DNA of 64,000 nt from an uncultured virus (IMG/VR IMGVR_UViG_3300048927_000531) (IMGVR_UViG_3300048927_000531); one strand, 5' to 3'; counted from the stretch's first letter, positions 19,116 to 29,109 are shown. Made by a program: numbers and translations. Notes: generated from the letters alone by a model not told the origin.

Positions 19116-20477
19116 TCAGTTACCTCGTTGCTTGTAGATGTGATTGGGATTCAGCTTCGCCTTGTTGTCGGCGGCGCGTTGATCGGCCATGGAAGCCGGG
19201 TGTGCGGTGACGACCTGCGTGCTGCGGCCTTCCTCCGCCTTCATCGACAGCAGCTGTGCACGCACCGTGTCGAGGTCGGTGTTCTTCTCGATGAAGCTGG
19301 CTGCGAGGGTGTCATCGCCACGCAGCGCCGCAGCGCAGGCGTCCTGCACGGCGGTCGCGTACTCGACGGCACTGGCAGCCGGTTCGGCCTGCTGCGGTGG
19401 GCGGCGCAGGAGGGCGACTGCGAGCGCTGGCGGCAGTTCACTGGCTGCGACTGCTGCTGCCAGCGCTGCTGCCGGGTTCTCCACGATTGCTGCAGGCGGC
19501 GCAGGTGCGGGCTCGGGCTCCGGCGACGTTGCCGCTGCCTCCGGATCATCTTCAGGATCGGGGTTGCCTGGCTCCGGCGGCGGTGCAGCATCGGCAGCAC
19601 CGAGGTGCGCGATCAGGTCGTGCCAAGTACCGATCCGGGTCGCAAATCCCACCGCCACGGCGGACTGGCCGCGGTAACAGGCCGCCTCGGTGGCGCGCAC
19701 GGCGTCCGCCTCCATGCCGAGATTCCGTGCCACGGTGTCCACGAACATCGTGCGCATGTCTTCCAGATCGGCCATAGCCTCGTCATGCGCCTCCTCGCTG
19801 AGCGGGAAGTTCGGGTTGAAGTCGACCTTGCGGGCGCCGGCGAATAGCGGGGTGACCTTCAGACCGATCTGTGCGTTGTTTCCGCTCCAGTCGTGGTGAT
19901 AGCAGACCACACCGACCGATCCGACGCCGCCGGTGCGGCTGATCCAGATCTCATCGCACGCCGAAGCAAGGGCGAAGCCGGCCGAGTACGCATGGTCATC
20001 GACCAGCGCGTACACCGGCTTACGGCCACGCGCCTCGAAGATGTGGTCGACCAGGTCGAAGCAGCCCGAAGCCATACCGCCAGGCGTATCCAGCCGCAGG
20101 ATGATGGACATCACCGCGTCATCGTTGAGCAGTTCATCGAAGGTGTCGCGCACCGCCGCATAGCTCACCGGCCCGGGGCCACTGGCGCCGGGCATCGGCC
20201 GGTTCACCATTGCGCCGGACAGGTTGATCACACCGATCAGGTTCTGGGTAACGCCCACCGGCTGCCCATCGGGGCCGGACACTTCGAAGCGGTCGGCCTT
20301 AAGCACGCTGTCATCGCTGGTGACCTTCCCTTCCAGGTAGCCACCTACCAGTGCTTCGCCGATTGCCGGCTGCACCAGCAGGGGCTGATTGAGAACCGCG
20401 GCAGCGAGCGAGGCCACCACCGGCGCACGGCTGCCGCGTCCCAGCATTCGGGCCAACAGGCCAGGCTTACTCGTCAT
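19116..20477 (-). CDS. S49 prohead protease/scaffold (lambda C-like)
   Basis: LDTPGG, AYSAGFALAS, GSVGV motifs; Pro/Ala linker and scaffold-like C-terminus. Confidence 0.9.
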   Translation of the reverse strand: MTSKPGLLARMLGRGSRAPVVASLAAAVLNQPLLVQPAIGEALVGGYLEGKVTSDDSVLKADRFEVSGPDGQPVGVTQNLIGVINLSGAMVNRPMPGASGPGPVSYAAVRDTFDELLNDDAVMSIILRLDTPGGMASGCFDLVDHIFEARGRKPVYALVDDHAYSAGFALASACDEIWISRTGGVGSVGVVCYHHDWSGNNAQIGLKVTPLFAGARKVDFNPNFPLSEEAHDEAMADLEDMRTMFVDTVARNLGMEADAVRATEAACYRGQSAVAVGFATRIGTWHDLIAHLGAADAAPPPEPGNPDPEDDPEAAATSPEPEPAPAPPAAIVENPAAALAAAVAASELPPALAVALLRRPPQQAEPAASAVEYATAVQDACAAALRGDDTLAASFIEKNTDLDTVRAQLLSMKAEEGRSTQVVTAHPASMADQRAADNKAKLNPNHIYKQRGN

Positions 20478-21948
20478 CGTCATTCCTTTCATCGTCGTTG
20501 GCGCCAGGGGCGCCGGGTTCGTCTTCCTGCCGGGCACCAGAGGCGTTCGTTCGCCTCGGGTGGCTGTCATAGCGAAGCCCGGCCGCGTCTGCGCGCTCGT
20601 TGTCCAGCGCCTGCTCGGCATCAACCTGTTCAGGATCCTCGCCAGCGCTCAGCACCACCTTGCTGCGTGACTTGAAGCCAGCCCGCACCGCCTTGAGTTC
20701 GGAGGTCACGTCCTGCACCGGATGGCTCCAAGGCCAGCCTTCGGGCACCCACAGGGTTTCGGTCACGTCATCACGCAGGGCTGCATAGCGCGGCACCTTC
20801 AGCAGACCAGACAGCACCGCCTGGTCGATGAAAGCGTCGCGCACCCGCTGGCAGAACATCGGGATCATGAAGAGCCACTGGTCCTGCTCGATCACACGGC
20901 GGAACTCGTTGAGGATCAGGCGCAGCGCGCGGTCGGATACGTTGCGCAGGTCACCGGTGAGCACTTCATAGGGCACGTCCTGACTGGCGCAGATCGCCAG
21001 CAGGTGCCCACGCAGGAACTCTGCATAGTCCGAGCCGGCGCTGGGCGGATCGGCGAAGTCGATCTTCAGACCAGGCGGCAGCTGCTGCAGGGTGCCGGGC
21101 TCGAGGCCACCAATGGCCGTGCCGTCAGCGTCCTCGCCGGTAATCAGTTCGCCGACGCCATCACCATCCTCGCCTTCTCCGTTGGCGTCGGACGTGATGA
21201 ACCCGGCGAACAGGTTGGCAAGGGCCTGGCGCTCCAACACCGCATCATCGAGGCGGTCCAGGTTGAACATGCGCAGCAGGGCTGGGGCCGAACCCGGCAC
21301 ACCGCGCATCGCACCGGCTCGGTTCGGCCGGTACAAGTGCAGCACCTGCTCGGCCGGCACGCGCACCAGCTCGTTGCCGTTGACGGTCAGCTGCAGGTCG
21401 CCTGGGTGCTCCCGGTACATCCAATAGGCGACGCGGCGACCGATGCTATCGACCTCGATGCCCTGCCGGATCACGTTGCCATTGCTGGCCACACCGTTGT
21501 AGTGCTGCGGGCACTGCTCCGATTCGATCAGCTGCACCTGCAGCGGCACAGGCAAACCGTCTTCAGGTCGCCGATACCGGATGCGGGCGAACACCTCGCC
21601 TGCCTCCTTCCACTCGCGCCAGGCAAGCGCTTGCAGGCCGTCCCAGCCAAGCACGCCATCGGCATCAGCGTACTTACCCCAGCGGGACCACAACTTGGTG
21701 AGCTTCTTCTTGTGGTCGTCCGTACCCCAGATCGGCTTTGCTTGGATGCCGGTGGCGATGCCGTTGGACACACTCTTGTTGAGCGCGCTGACCATCCACG
21801 GGTCATTGCGGGCCAAGTGCCGGGCACGCGCCAACAGTGTCGGCAGACCCAGCAGTGCGGCGTTGGGACCGAGCGACGTCGGCCGGAAAGTGCGGAGGCG
21901 CCGGCCGTGGCCGGCGGCGCGGTAGCTGCTTTCGGCGATATCAGACAT
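20467..21948 (-). CDS. Portal protein (lambda B family)
   Basis: ARARHLARND, GEVF, RPNRAGAMRGVP, YEVLTGD, W..PVQDV. Confidence 0.92.
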   Translation of the reverse strand: MSDIAESSYRAAGHGRRLRTFRPTSLGPNAALLGLPTLLARARHLARNDPWMVSALNKSVSNGIATGIQAKPIWGTDDHKKKLTKLWSRWGKYADADGVLGWDGLQALAWREWKEAGEVFARIRYRRPEDGLPVPLQVQLIESEQCPQHYNGVASNGNVIRQGIEVDSIGRRVAYWMYREHPGDLQLTVNGNELVRVPAEQVLHLYRPNRAGAMRGVPGSAPALLRMFNLDRLDDAVLERQALANLFAGFITSDANGEGEDGDGVGELITGEDADGTAIGGLEPGTLQQLPPGLKIDFADPPSAGSDYAEFLRGHLLAICASQDVPYEVLTGDLRNVSDRALRLILNEFRRVIEQDQWLFMIPMFCQRVRDAFIDQAVLSGLLKVPRYAALRDDVTETLWVPEGWPWSHPVQDVTSELKAVRAGFKSRSKVVLSAGEDPEQVDAEQALDNERADAAGLRYDSHPRRTNASGARQEDEPGAPGANDDERNDDDE

Positions 21949-22156
21949 TGCCCGTCCCCGATTGGTAGAGGCGCACGATGCGCCGACGCCGCGGTGCACC
22001 TGCGACCTGGCCCAGCTCGTCACGCATCTGCTTCAGCAGACGGCGCATTTCCACCAGGCTCTGGTAGGTCACGGTGCGGTCGGCATATCGGACGCTCAGC
22101 ACGCCGGCCGCGATTGCGGCCTCCAGTTGCTCGACTTGCTTGTTGGTGAATGCCAT
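21941..22156 (-). CDS. Head-to-tail joining protein (gpW-like)
   Basis: LEAAIAAGVLSVRYADRTVTYQS; sits between terminase and portal. Confidence 0.85.
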   Translation of the reverse strand: MAFTNKQVEQLEAAIAAGVLSVRYADRTVTYQSLVEMRRLLKQMRDELGQVAGAPRRRRIVRLYQSGTGNV

Positions 22157-22157
22157 T

Positions 22158-24245
22158 TCAGCGTCCCAGGTATTTGCTTCGGATGACGCGGCGACTGCGG
22201 GTGCGCGGAATAGGCGCCGGCGCAACGTCGTCAGCCCTCACGTCTGGGTTGTCGTCCCACGGTGCAGCCCATGGCGGCGGCGCGGTCCAGTTGATGGCCG
22301 GAACCTTCAGCCACAGCGCCATGCCCTCTGCATATCCGCAGAGGTCGAACGCCTCGTTGCGACGCTTGGCCAAGTTCTCCCAGCCCCTTGCCGTCCGCGA
22401 TTCGGCTGTCAGTTCGGCGTAGAAAGCCTCTGGCAACCAGTCGGGGAAGTGGTAATAGCCCGGGCCGGGCTCGGCCCGCTTCACGTTGGCGTCTACCGTG
22501 TCCTTCAACCGGTCCACATTGAGCAGCAGCTGCGGCACATCGCCCTTCGACCCTGATTTGCGGTCCCGACGCTTGCTGCTGTCGGGGAAGGTCTCGCGGA
22601 ACAGTCCGCCCTCGCGGCGCGCATCGCCCTTGATCAGCCTGACCCTGGCGTGCAGCTTCCGGGCCTTGAGCGAACGCCAGAACTCCAGCGCGCGTATCGA
22701 GGTTCCCGATTTGCCACCCCAATCGATGCCCACCGCATGCACGGGCATGCTGCGGCCGGTGGCGTCATCCAGCGTGTAGCGACGGCTGATGACCTTCTCG
22801 ACCAGGCGTTCCCAGTCTTCCAGGTACTTCGGCGGGTCCAGCGGCAGGAAGCCGCCGGAGCCGTCTTCGCGCTTGGACGTGCGTAGGGTGAAGGAATCCA
22901 CCACCCATCGCTCCAGCTGGCCGGATTCGCCAATGCCGAAACCCAGCACCAGCACGACGAAGCGGTTGGCCTGGACGTCGACCTCACCCAGGAGGAAACG
23001 CACGCCAGCGGGCACCGCGCCAGCAGGCCAAACCTCGGCGCGCTCCTGCATCTCGTTCGGATCGCTGGCCGACCGCGCCGCCATCGGCACGTAGTTGATC
23101 GCCCCGTCCACGTTGTGCGTGGTCTTCAGCGGGCGCTCTTCACCGGTGGTGGCGAAGGTCCGCAGCGCCTGGAGGTAACGCTCGATCAGCGATTCCCAGG
23201 ACTGATAGGACGCGGCGACACCGCCGAGCCAGTAGCTGGCGATGCGTGCCTCCGGCCGTTCACCAGTGACCGTGCCGTCGGCGTGCACGACCTGGCCTTC
23301 TGCAGCCCATACGCCGCTGCGGTTCATCCCATCTTTCCACCGGTGCTGCAGCCCCACACCGCAGTGCGGGCAGTGCAGCAGCGAGTAGTGCCGCGCCATC
23401 TTCTGCACGTCGTCCAGCACGACCCGTTCGAGCAGTTCCTCCATCGGCGGCAGCGCGAATCCGTCGTAGCCTGGCGCTGCCTGAAACCGCTCGCCACACT
23501 CCGGACAGGGCCAGTACCAGCGGCGCCTGTCACCGCGCGCATACAGCGCGGCGATGCCCGCTGCTGGTGGACCCTGGTGCGGGTTCAACGGCTTCCAGGC
23601 ACCGTCGGCGTAATCGTTTGCCGGGCTCGACTCGGCGACCACCATGCCGGCCGACATGTACGTCTGCGTACGCTTCAGGCCCAGGCCGAAGCACTCATCG
23701 ATCGTCAGGTCGCCGGTGTAGTTGTCCACGTCCGTCATCAGGACGTCGTGGATGTCCTTGCCTGAAAGAACCGAGACCGACGGCCAGCCCATGCGCAGCG
23801 ACATTCCCGACCGGAAGAACTTGAGCAGGATGTTGTCGTCGTGGGCACGCGGGCTCAGCCGTGACCGCAGTTCCGGGCTGGCAGCGATGCTGCGGGCGAT
23901 ACGGGTCTTGCTGTAGTCCTCAGCTGCATCCTTGGACATCTGCACAACCATGGCGTCGGCCGGGTTGCACGTAATCAGGTACGCCAGGCGCGCATCGATC
24001 AGCGAGATAGTCTTGCCCGACCGCGCCGGCCCTACGAACACCACAGCCTCGTAGTGGCGGCTGCCGGTGGTGTCCAACGGCTCGACCATGTAGGGCGTGG
24101 TATCCGGATCCCAGGCGCCAGCGGCGCCAGCGGCATTGGCCACCTGCAGCACCCGCGCACCCTCGCTCACTCTGATGCGACGCGGCGGCCTGATCATCTC
24201 GGCAACGCCTTGGCGCACGCTACGCGCTGTCGCGTACGTCGTCAT
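22158..24245 (-). CDS. Terminase large subunit (gpA family)
   Basis: Walker A GPARSGKT, ESSP, CPECG/CPHCG zinc sites, VDVQ, RNEAFD. Confidence 0.95.
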   Translation of the reverse strand: MTTYATARSVRQGVAEMIRPPRRIRVSEGARVLQVANAAGAAGAWDPDTTPYMVEPLDTTGSRHYEAVVFVGPARSGKTISLIDARLAYLITCNPADAMVVQMSKDAAEDYSKTRIARSIAASPELRSRLSPRAHDDNILLKFFRSGMSLRMGWPSVSVLSGKDIHDVLMTDVDNYTGDLTIDECFGLGLKRTQTYMSAGMVVAESSPANDYADGAWKPLNPHQGPPAAGIAALYARGDRRRWYWPCPECGERFQAAPGYDGFALPPMEELLERVVLDDVQKMARHYSLLHCPHCGVGLQHRWKDGMNRSGVWAAEGQVVHADGTVTGERPEARIASYWLGGVAASYQSWESLIERYLQALRTFATTGEERPLKTTHNVDGAINYVPMAARSASDPNEMQERAEVWPAGAVPAGVRFLLGEVDVQANRFVVLVLGFGIGESGQLERWVVDSFTLRTSKREDGSGGFLPLDPPKYLEDWERLVEKVISRRYTLDDATGRSMPVHAVGIDWGGKSGTSIRALEFWRSLKARKLHARVRLIKGDARREGGLFRETFPDSSKRRDRKSGSKGDVPQLLLNVDRLKDTVDANVKRAEPGPGYYHFPDWLPEAFYAELTAESRTARGWENLAKRRNEAFDLCGYAEGMALWLKVPAINWTAPPPWAAPWDDNPDVRADDVAPAPIPRTRSRRVIRSKYLGR

Positions 24246-24723
24246 CGGTGATGCCCTCGTACATGGATTGCCGGACGCGATCGCACTCGTCCTGGACCTT
24301 GACCACCTGCTCCGGCGTGAGCCCGGCCTTTCGCTCGAGCACATCTGGGAGCGTGTCGAAGAACTGCACGACCTTCTTGACCAGCTCGGCGTAATCCGCC
24401 TCGACCTCAGCGGCCGGCACGAGCTGCCCGATGGTCGATTCGACCTTCAGGCGTTCGTTCTCCGACTGGTAATAGGCGCGCCGCTCCATCGGAGGTAGGT
24501 CACGCGGGTCGACAACTCCCTCAGCACCGAATGCTGCAGCACCCGGATTGACCAGCGCGGGGGCTGCGTCGGCCAGCCGGTAGACGTCGTGCCCTGCCCG
24601 CTTGGTCAGCGGCGGAACGCCGGCCTCCTTTAGACGCTTGCTGGCCGTTCGGCGGTCCATCCCGAACTCATCCGCCAGCCTGGCCATGGACCAGCCTTTG
24701 GTGAATTCGTGGATGTCAGCCAT
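24220..24723 (-). CDS. Terminase small subunit (DUF1441-like)
   Basis: N-terminal HTH; DLPPMERRAYYQSE, TLPDVLER; overlaps the large subunit. Confidence 0.85.
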   Translation of the reverse strand: MADIHEFTKGWSMARLADEFGMDRRTASKRLKEAGVPPLTKRAGHDVYRLADAAPALVNPGAAAFGAEGVVDPRDLPPMERRAYYQSENERLKVESTIGQLVPAAEVEADYAELVKKVVQFFDTLPDVLERKAGLTPEQVVKVQDECDRVRQSMYEGITDDDVRDSA

Positions 24724-24933
24724 GTTCTACCCGATGCGCAGCCTATTCAGGCCTGAAAACGCGGTTTCTCCCGGCGAAAACCGCCAAAAGTGTGGCCTGT
24801 GGTGGAGCACCCTAGAGGCCGAAATACTGTCGTTTACCGGGGTCCGAATTCCCCCCGGTTGCTGTGGATAAACTCAGGGGCCCCGCCTTCGTGAAACCTC
24901 ACACGTGGAACTTGATCTGCGCCGGGACGACAG

Positions 24934-25401
24934 CTAAAAGGTGCGGTCAACCCCGATCACGGCTTGGCAACTGCGGACGTGGTCGTCGGCGTCACGGGCG
25001 ATTTGAACAAGATCTCCCGCGACCTCTGCTCGTAGTTGGGCGTGCGCATCACGTTCGATGGCGCCGGCGACGGCTTCGGACAGACGAGCGGTATTGCAGG
25101 TGGCGAGGTCGTCGCGCAGCTGCAGGCTGCCATCGCGCACGCCAGCGACAACAGCAGCAGGGAGGGCCTCGGCCGCAGTGCGGTCTTCTTCATGCTTGGC
25201 TCCGATGGTGGCCAGCGCTGCGGCCTGGTTGTGCTCGATGGCACGGGTCTGGTTGACCTGCTGCACCTGGGCGGCACCGGCGCTGGCCTGCTGCCGGGCT
25301 TCAGTGCCATGGGCGCGATCACCGCGCCACGCCCAACCAGCACCGAACATGGCAGCCGACCACACCACGAAGGACAGGACCGCGATCAGGGTCCGGTTCA
25401 T
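24934..25401 (-). CDS. i-spanin (Rz-like)
   Basis: N-terminal TM then coiled coil; end of lysis cassette. Confidence 0.8.
   Translation of the reverse strand: MNRTLIAVLSFVVWSAAMFGAGWAWRGDRAHGTEARQQASAGAAQVQQVNQTRAIEHNQAAALATIGAKHEEDRTAAEALPAAVVAGVRDGSLQLRDDLATCNTARLSEAVAGAIERDAHAQLRAEVAGDLVQIARDADDHVRSCQAVIGVDRTF
24957..25193 (-). CDS. o-spanin (Rz1-like) lipoprotein embedded in Rz
   Basis: MKKTALRPRPSLLLLSLACAMAACSC signal/lipobox, Pro-rich mature part, alternative frame within Rz. Confidence 0.75.
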   Translation of the reverse strand: MKKTALRPRPSLLLLSLACAMAACSCATTSPPAIPLVCPKPSPAPSNVMRTPNYEQRSREILFKSPVTPTTTSAVAKP

Positions 25402-25541
25402 GCGGTCACCATGTGGAGCCACGGCTTCACCAGCTCCCACAGCCAGGGTATTAGCCAGAACGGAATGGCCATCAGTGCGGCTCCAGCAGACATGGCCAGC
25501 ACCAGCCCGAACGCAAAGGCGTATCCAATTCCGTCGTACAT
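25398..25541 (-). CDS. Small membrane protein (47 aa) in lysis cassette
   Basis: MYDGIGYAFAFGLVLAMSAGAALMAIPFWLIPWLWELVKPWLHMVTA; ATGA overlap with Rz. Confidence 0.55.
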   Translation of the reverse strand: MYDGIGYAFAFGLVLAMSAGAALMAIPFWLIPWLWELVKPWLHMVTA

Positions 25542-25542
25542 G

Positions 25543-25758
25543 TCAGGCTCCTGCGCCGCGGCGGCCAATGTTGAAGTAGAACTGGATGATTCCGCCCATG
25601 GCCGTGTTCAGCCCGCCGATGAGCATGAGGAAGGCGTCCTTGTTCCCCTCGGGGATGGCCACCGCCAGCATTGCCGCCATGCCCATGCCGATCAGGAACA
25701 GGATCAGAATCGCGATGCCGGCCCTGGCCGCGCCCACGTTGCGGGTTGCGAAGGTCAT
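25543..25758 (-). CDS. Putative holin (two TM helices)
   Basis: 71 aa, two hydrophobic segments, basic C-terminus. Confidence 0.6.
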   Translation of the reverse strand: MTFATRNVGAARAGIAILILFLIGMGMAAMLAVAIPEGNKDAFLMLIGGLNTAMGGIIQFYFNIGRRGAGA

Positions 25759-26081
25759 GCGGCACCTGCCAGTGCGTGGATTTCCTCCAGCGCCCAGTGA
25801 TAGAGCTGCTGGTCGACGATGGTCACACGGGTAAGGCGCTTGCCCCGTACGACCTTGATGGCAACCTGGGTGGACTGCTGTACCGCCAGCAGCACGAAGG
25901 CGATCCGCTGCTTGGTCGGGTCCGGCTCCTGCAGCACCGCCAGCGCGTCGCTCACCATCTCGCGGATGGCGGACAGCAGCTCTGCGGTCGGGTTCTTCGC
26001 CTTGCGGCTTTCCAGCACCACCAGCACTCCCTGCAGCTGACTGACCGGCGATAGTCGGGGCCCCTTCTTCTTCGCAGTCAT
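25755..26081 (-). CDS. Hypothetical phage protein in lysis cassette
   Basis: ATGA-coupled on both sides. Confidence 0.55.
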   Translation of the reverse strand: MTAKKKGPRLSPVSQLQGVLVVLESRKAKNPTAELLSAIREMVSDALAVLQEPDPTKQRIAFVLLAVQQSTQVAIKVVRGKRLTRVTIVDQQLYHWALEEIHALAGAA

Positions 26082-26743
26082 GCGGCCAACGCCTTCAGCG
26101 CGCGCGCATATCGCACGCGACGGTCGGCTGCGCCGGTTTGACCGCCATTCACCCTCTCGGTGATGTCGTCGAATCGGCCAGCGTCCGCCAGCTTGTTGAG
26201 GCTTCTCGCATCCCAGAAAGCGCCGGCAGCGAACGCGCCCCACTTCGGCAGCTCCAACGCCTCAGGCTGGACTTCGAAGTCCGGCACGCTCTTGATGCCT
26301 TTGGCACGCAGCGCATCACGGATCGCCGCATAGTTGGCACGGCCAGTATTCTGGATAGGACCTCGGCCACGGTAGCGATAGCCATCGCCACTGGCCTCGG
26401 ATCCATTCCCCATGCGGTTCGCATAGGCGTTGTTGCCGATCGCTACCGGCTTCCGCTCCAGCGCGCGCGCCAGGTCGTTCGGCTTCCACGGCTTGGCCTT
26501 GGGATCCACGGCGTATCGGCCGGGCCAGGTGTCCGCCATGCCCTGCGCGCCGTAGTTCAGGTTCTCGACAGTCCTGGCCAAGCTCCCAGACTCATGCCCA
26601 ACCTGCGCCAAGAATGCGGCGACCCGCTTCGCCGTGCTGATGCCGAACGCGTTGCAGGCATCGGTCAAGGGCTGGGCCCACTGGGCAGCAACGGCGGCAC
26701 TGCAGCCAACCGCCTGCTGGATTGTCGAGGCGGTCAGGATCAT
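26078..26743 (-). CDS. Endolysin, glycoside hydrolase family 19
   Basis: AAFLAQVGHES, ENLNY, YRGRGPIQNTGRANY, VNGG. Confidence 0.93.
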   Translation of the reverse strand: MILTASTIQQAVGCSAAVAAQWAQPLTDACNAFGISTAKRVAAFLAQVGHESGSLARTVENLNYGAQGMADTWPGRYAVDPKAKPWKPNDLARALERKPVAIGNNAYANRMGNGSEASGDGYRYRGRGPIQNTGRANYAAIRDALRAKGIKSVPDFEVQPEALELPKWGAFAAGAFWDARSLNKLADAGRFDDITERVNGGQTGAADRRVRYARALKALAA

Positions 26744-26755
26744 GGCGGGTCCAAA

Positions 26756-26841
26756 AAGAGAAAGCCCGGCTCAGTGGCCGGGCAGGATCGCGTGCGATGG
26801 TAGGAATTTACTGGTAAAAGTGCGGAGGTGTCACCTCCGCA
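26756..26841 (-). promoter_or_regulatory. Late promoter (pR'-like) with palindrome and downstream terminator
   Basis: GTGACA-18-TAAATT on minus strand; perfect TGCGGAGGTG-T-CACCTCCGCA palindrome 26821-26841; GCCCGGC hairpin 26764-26783 plus T-rich tail. Confidence 0.6.
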
Positions 26842-26846
26842 GCGCC

Positions 26847-27284
26847 TTACGGTGCGAGAATCGGGGCGTGAGTTGATGAAAAGGAGTTGTTGCAGTGCGG
26901 ACAGCGCATCTCCGCGATGAACATGCCTTTCATTACCCTCGTCAGATGGCGAAGTCTGAAATGACTTTCATAGCAGCCAATGCAGTACGGGCTACCAGTC
27001 GGCTCACCATGTTCATTGAGCTCGTACATCGCGTCGAGATGTTGAACCACCTCAGCTCTTGTCTCTAGCATGGCGCGCAGAGTCTCATTCTCCGCCTGAG
27101 ACTCTGTAACCCTATCATTCGCACTCACCAGTGCAACTCGGGCATCGGCCAGCATTACGATGAGATCGGCCATCTTTAACTTCAGCTCCGCCTCACTGAG
27201 GGCGTTCTGAGCGGCGTAAACCCCACGCACAATATCGGTGCCAACCTTTAGGCTATCGATCGCAACCTTGATCTCGGCAAGCAT
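26847..27284 (-). CDS. Hypothetical coiled-coil + zinc-ribbon protein (moron)
   Basis: CAGGAG RBS; lower GC; PYCIGC...CPHC. Confidence 0.7.
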   Translation of the reverse strand: MLAEIKVAIDSLKVGTDIVRGVYAAQNALSEAELKLKMADLIVMLADARVALVSANDRVTESQAENETLRAMLETRAEVVQHLDAMYELNEHGEPTGSPYCIGCYESHFRLRHLTRVMKGMFIAEMRCPHCNNSFSSTHAPILAP

Positions 27285-27320
27285 GGGCAAGCTCCTGGAG
27301 GATGGCCGATCCTAACCGGC

Positions 27321-28016
27321 TCACGCAGCTGAACTCAATGCGCCGCGCATGTGCCATGCAGCCTCCTGCTCCGCCTCTACCATCTTGCCCAGCAACCACT
27401 CGTACACCGGCTTCCACGTCCGGCGGTAGGCTGCCTCGTCACGACCGATGGCAGCCGCGCGTCGTCGGTCGCTGACTGCACCCAACCCAGACCCGCCGCA
27501 CACCTTGCACGGCGCCAGAAGTTCGCCCAACATCGCCTGCCCCCTGCCCTCGCAGGCCGAGCAGTGCGGGCGCTTGGCGATCTCTCCGATCACAGCGCCG
27601 GCCAGGGTCGGCAGCGACTCCAAGGTGCTGATCGGCCAGCACTGCGCCTTCACCCTGCCAAGCCGCTTCTGGGCGGCATCACGGTTCGCCCGCTGCTCAG
27701 CCGTCGCGGCGCCACCCCAGCCCATGCAGACCTCAGCCAGCCCGAGATCCGTGCGCGCCTCAGCAAGGCGCCGCTGCTGACGCTGCAGCTCCGGCGTCAC
27801 CAGCGCAATCACCGCATCACGCAGCTTGTGCTGACGAAGCGTGGCGCCGTCCGGCCACCAGCACGCCTCCAGCAGCTCCCGACCCAGCCCAGCAGGCACA
27901 ATGCCCAGCGCCGCGGCAATGTCCTGGTTCGTCAGGTCCGGCTTTCCACCGCCACGGCCGATATAGAACTTCACCGTGCTCGGGCCAAGCCGCGCCATCA
28001 TCTCTCGTGGATTCAT
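27321..28016 (-). CDS. Late regulator / antiterminator Q-like protein
   Basis: DIAAALG N-terminus, CSACEGRG...CKVCGGSG zinc finger; lies just upstream of lysis. Confidence 0.75.
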   Translation of the reverse strand: MNPREMMARLGPSTVKFYIGRGGGKPDLTNQDIAAALGIVPAGLGRELLEACWWPDGATLRQHKLRDAVIALVTPELQRQQRRLAEARTDLGLAEVCMGWGGAATAEQRANRDAAQKRLGRVKAQCWPISTLESLPTLAGAVIGEIAKRPHCSACEGRGQAMLGELLAPCKVCGGSGLGAVSDRRRAAAIGRDEAAYRRTWKPVYEWLLGKMVEAEQEAAWHMRGALSSAA

Positions 28017-28426
28017 GCCCCTTCCCCTGTCGTTGATTGGCCGTCGGCGGCCGCGCCGCCGGTGATTCTTACCACCACTTGGCCGCCGGGCCGGCGCTCG
28101 CCGCTCACGAACGGGCGGCTGATAAACCGCTTGTCGTCGATACCCAGCACCTGGGCAATTCCGTCCCGGTACGCCTTGAAACGCCCCAGCATGTTGTCGT
28201 CGTCAGGCAGCGCCTTGCCCGGCGCTTGGTGGAAGCTCACCCACAGGTGCAGTTTTCCCGGTGGCAGCTGCAGCGCGCGCCACCCCGCTTCGTGCGCCAG
28301 CACCACCGCCGTCTGTCGAGCGTGCTTCGTTGCCTTGGCCTTCCGACTCCAGTGCACCCGGCCATTCGGGGACAGGTCCTTGCTCGGCCAGGGCAGCACC
28401 AACTCCAACGCGCGGTCAGCCTGCAT
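28013..28426 (-). CDS. RusA-like Holliday junction resolvase
   Basis: [31 protein letters not shown]. Confidence 0.8.
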   Translation of the reverse strand: MQADRALELVLPWPSKDLSPNGRVHWSRKAKATKHARQTAVVLAHEAGWRALQLPPGKLHLWVSFHQAPGKALPDDDNMLGRFKAYRDGIAQVLGIDDKRFISRPFVSGERRPGGQVVVRITGGAAADGQSTTGEGA

Positions 28427-28649
28427 GGGCAGCCTCTTGCTGCTCGATCGCGTCACGGAAGGCCGCGCGCCAACGGAATGCCGTCGCCCGGCTGACCTCA
28501 AAGTCCGCCCGAAGCTGCGCAACCGATGGGAGGCGGTCGCCGTACATGCGAACAAGCCGAAGGGCAGTTGTGATCGTGATGTTCTGGCGACCGCACTCAG
28601 GCCATCCAGGCACACGGTTGTGGTGGTGATCTTCGTGATGACGGCTCAT
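28416..28649 (-). CDS. Small HTH protein
   Basis: [15 protein letters not shown]. Confidence 0.6.
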   Translation of the reverse strand: MSRHHEDHHHNRVPGWPECGRQNITITTALRLVRMYGDRLPSVAQLRADFEVSRATAFRWRAAFRDAIEQQEAAHAG

Positions 28650-28909
28650 GGGACCTCCGGGCCGGCCGGCTCGGCCGCGTAGTGCGTGATCGCCGGGTTG
28701 CCCCCGCGCCAGCTGCCGAACACAGGCCGCTTGCTCACCGAGTCCCACAGCATCAGCCGTTGGCCGTTCTGCGGCGCGACTTCGATGGGTAGCCACAGCA
28801 CCGCCGGCGTCTCCGATTCGGCGATGATCCTCCTGGCCACGTTGATCGAAATGCGACCATCGGCGACGCAAGTGGTCACCAGGTTCTGCAGCAATGGCTG
28901 ATAGCTCAT
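28646..28909 (-). CDS. Hypothetical phage protein
   Basis: WLPIEVAPQNG...ITHY motif; coupled. Confidence 0.55.
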   Translation of the reverse strand: MSYQPLLQNLVTTCVADGRISINVARRIIAESETPAVLWLPIEVAPQNGQRLMLWDSVSKRPVFGSWRGGNPAITHYAAEPAGPEVP

Positions 28910-29109
28910 GCTGCCTGCTCCCACGTGGCCGGAAGGCGCTGCACCTGACCCCCACGGGCCTCGAACTGCTCCACCGTCTCGACTTGGCCGGCCGCCAGCG
29001 TGCCGGGCCTCCTTCGCTTGGGACGGGACACCGTGTTGTGGTCCATCCGCCGCTCCCTGGGCGCGATCTGAGGGTTCAACCTCGGTCCCAGTTTCTTCGT
29101 TGCCTTCAT
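28906..29109 (-). CDS. Hypothetical phage protein
   Basis: ETVEQFEARGGQVQRL; ATGA overlaps. Confidence 0.55.
   Translation of the reverse strand: MKATKKLGPRLNPQIAPRERRMDHNTVSRPKRRRPGTLAAGQVETVEQFEARGGQVQRLPATWEQAA

Noticed and set aside
4041..28682. Many long plus-strand ORFs (e.g. 6105-7556, 13018-14310, 14503-16014, 17737-19137, 20722-22149, 27351-28682)
   Set aside because: Antisense shadows of recognised minus-strand phage genes, expected in high-GC DNA
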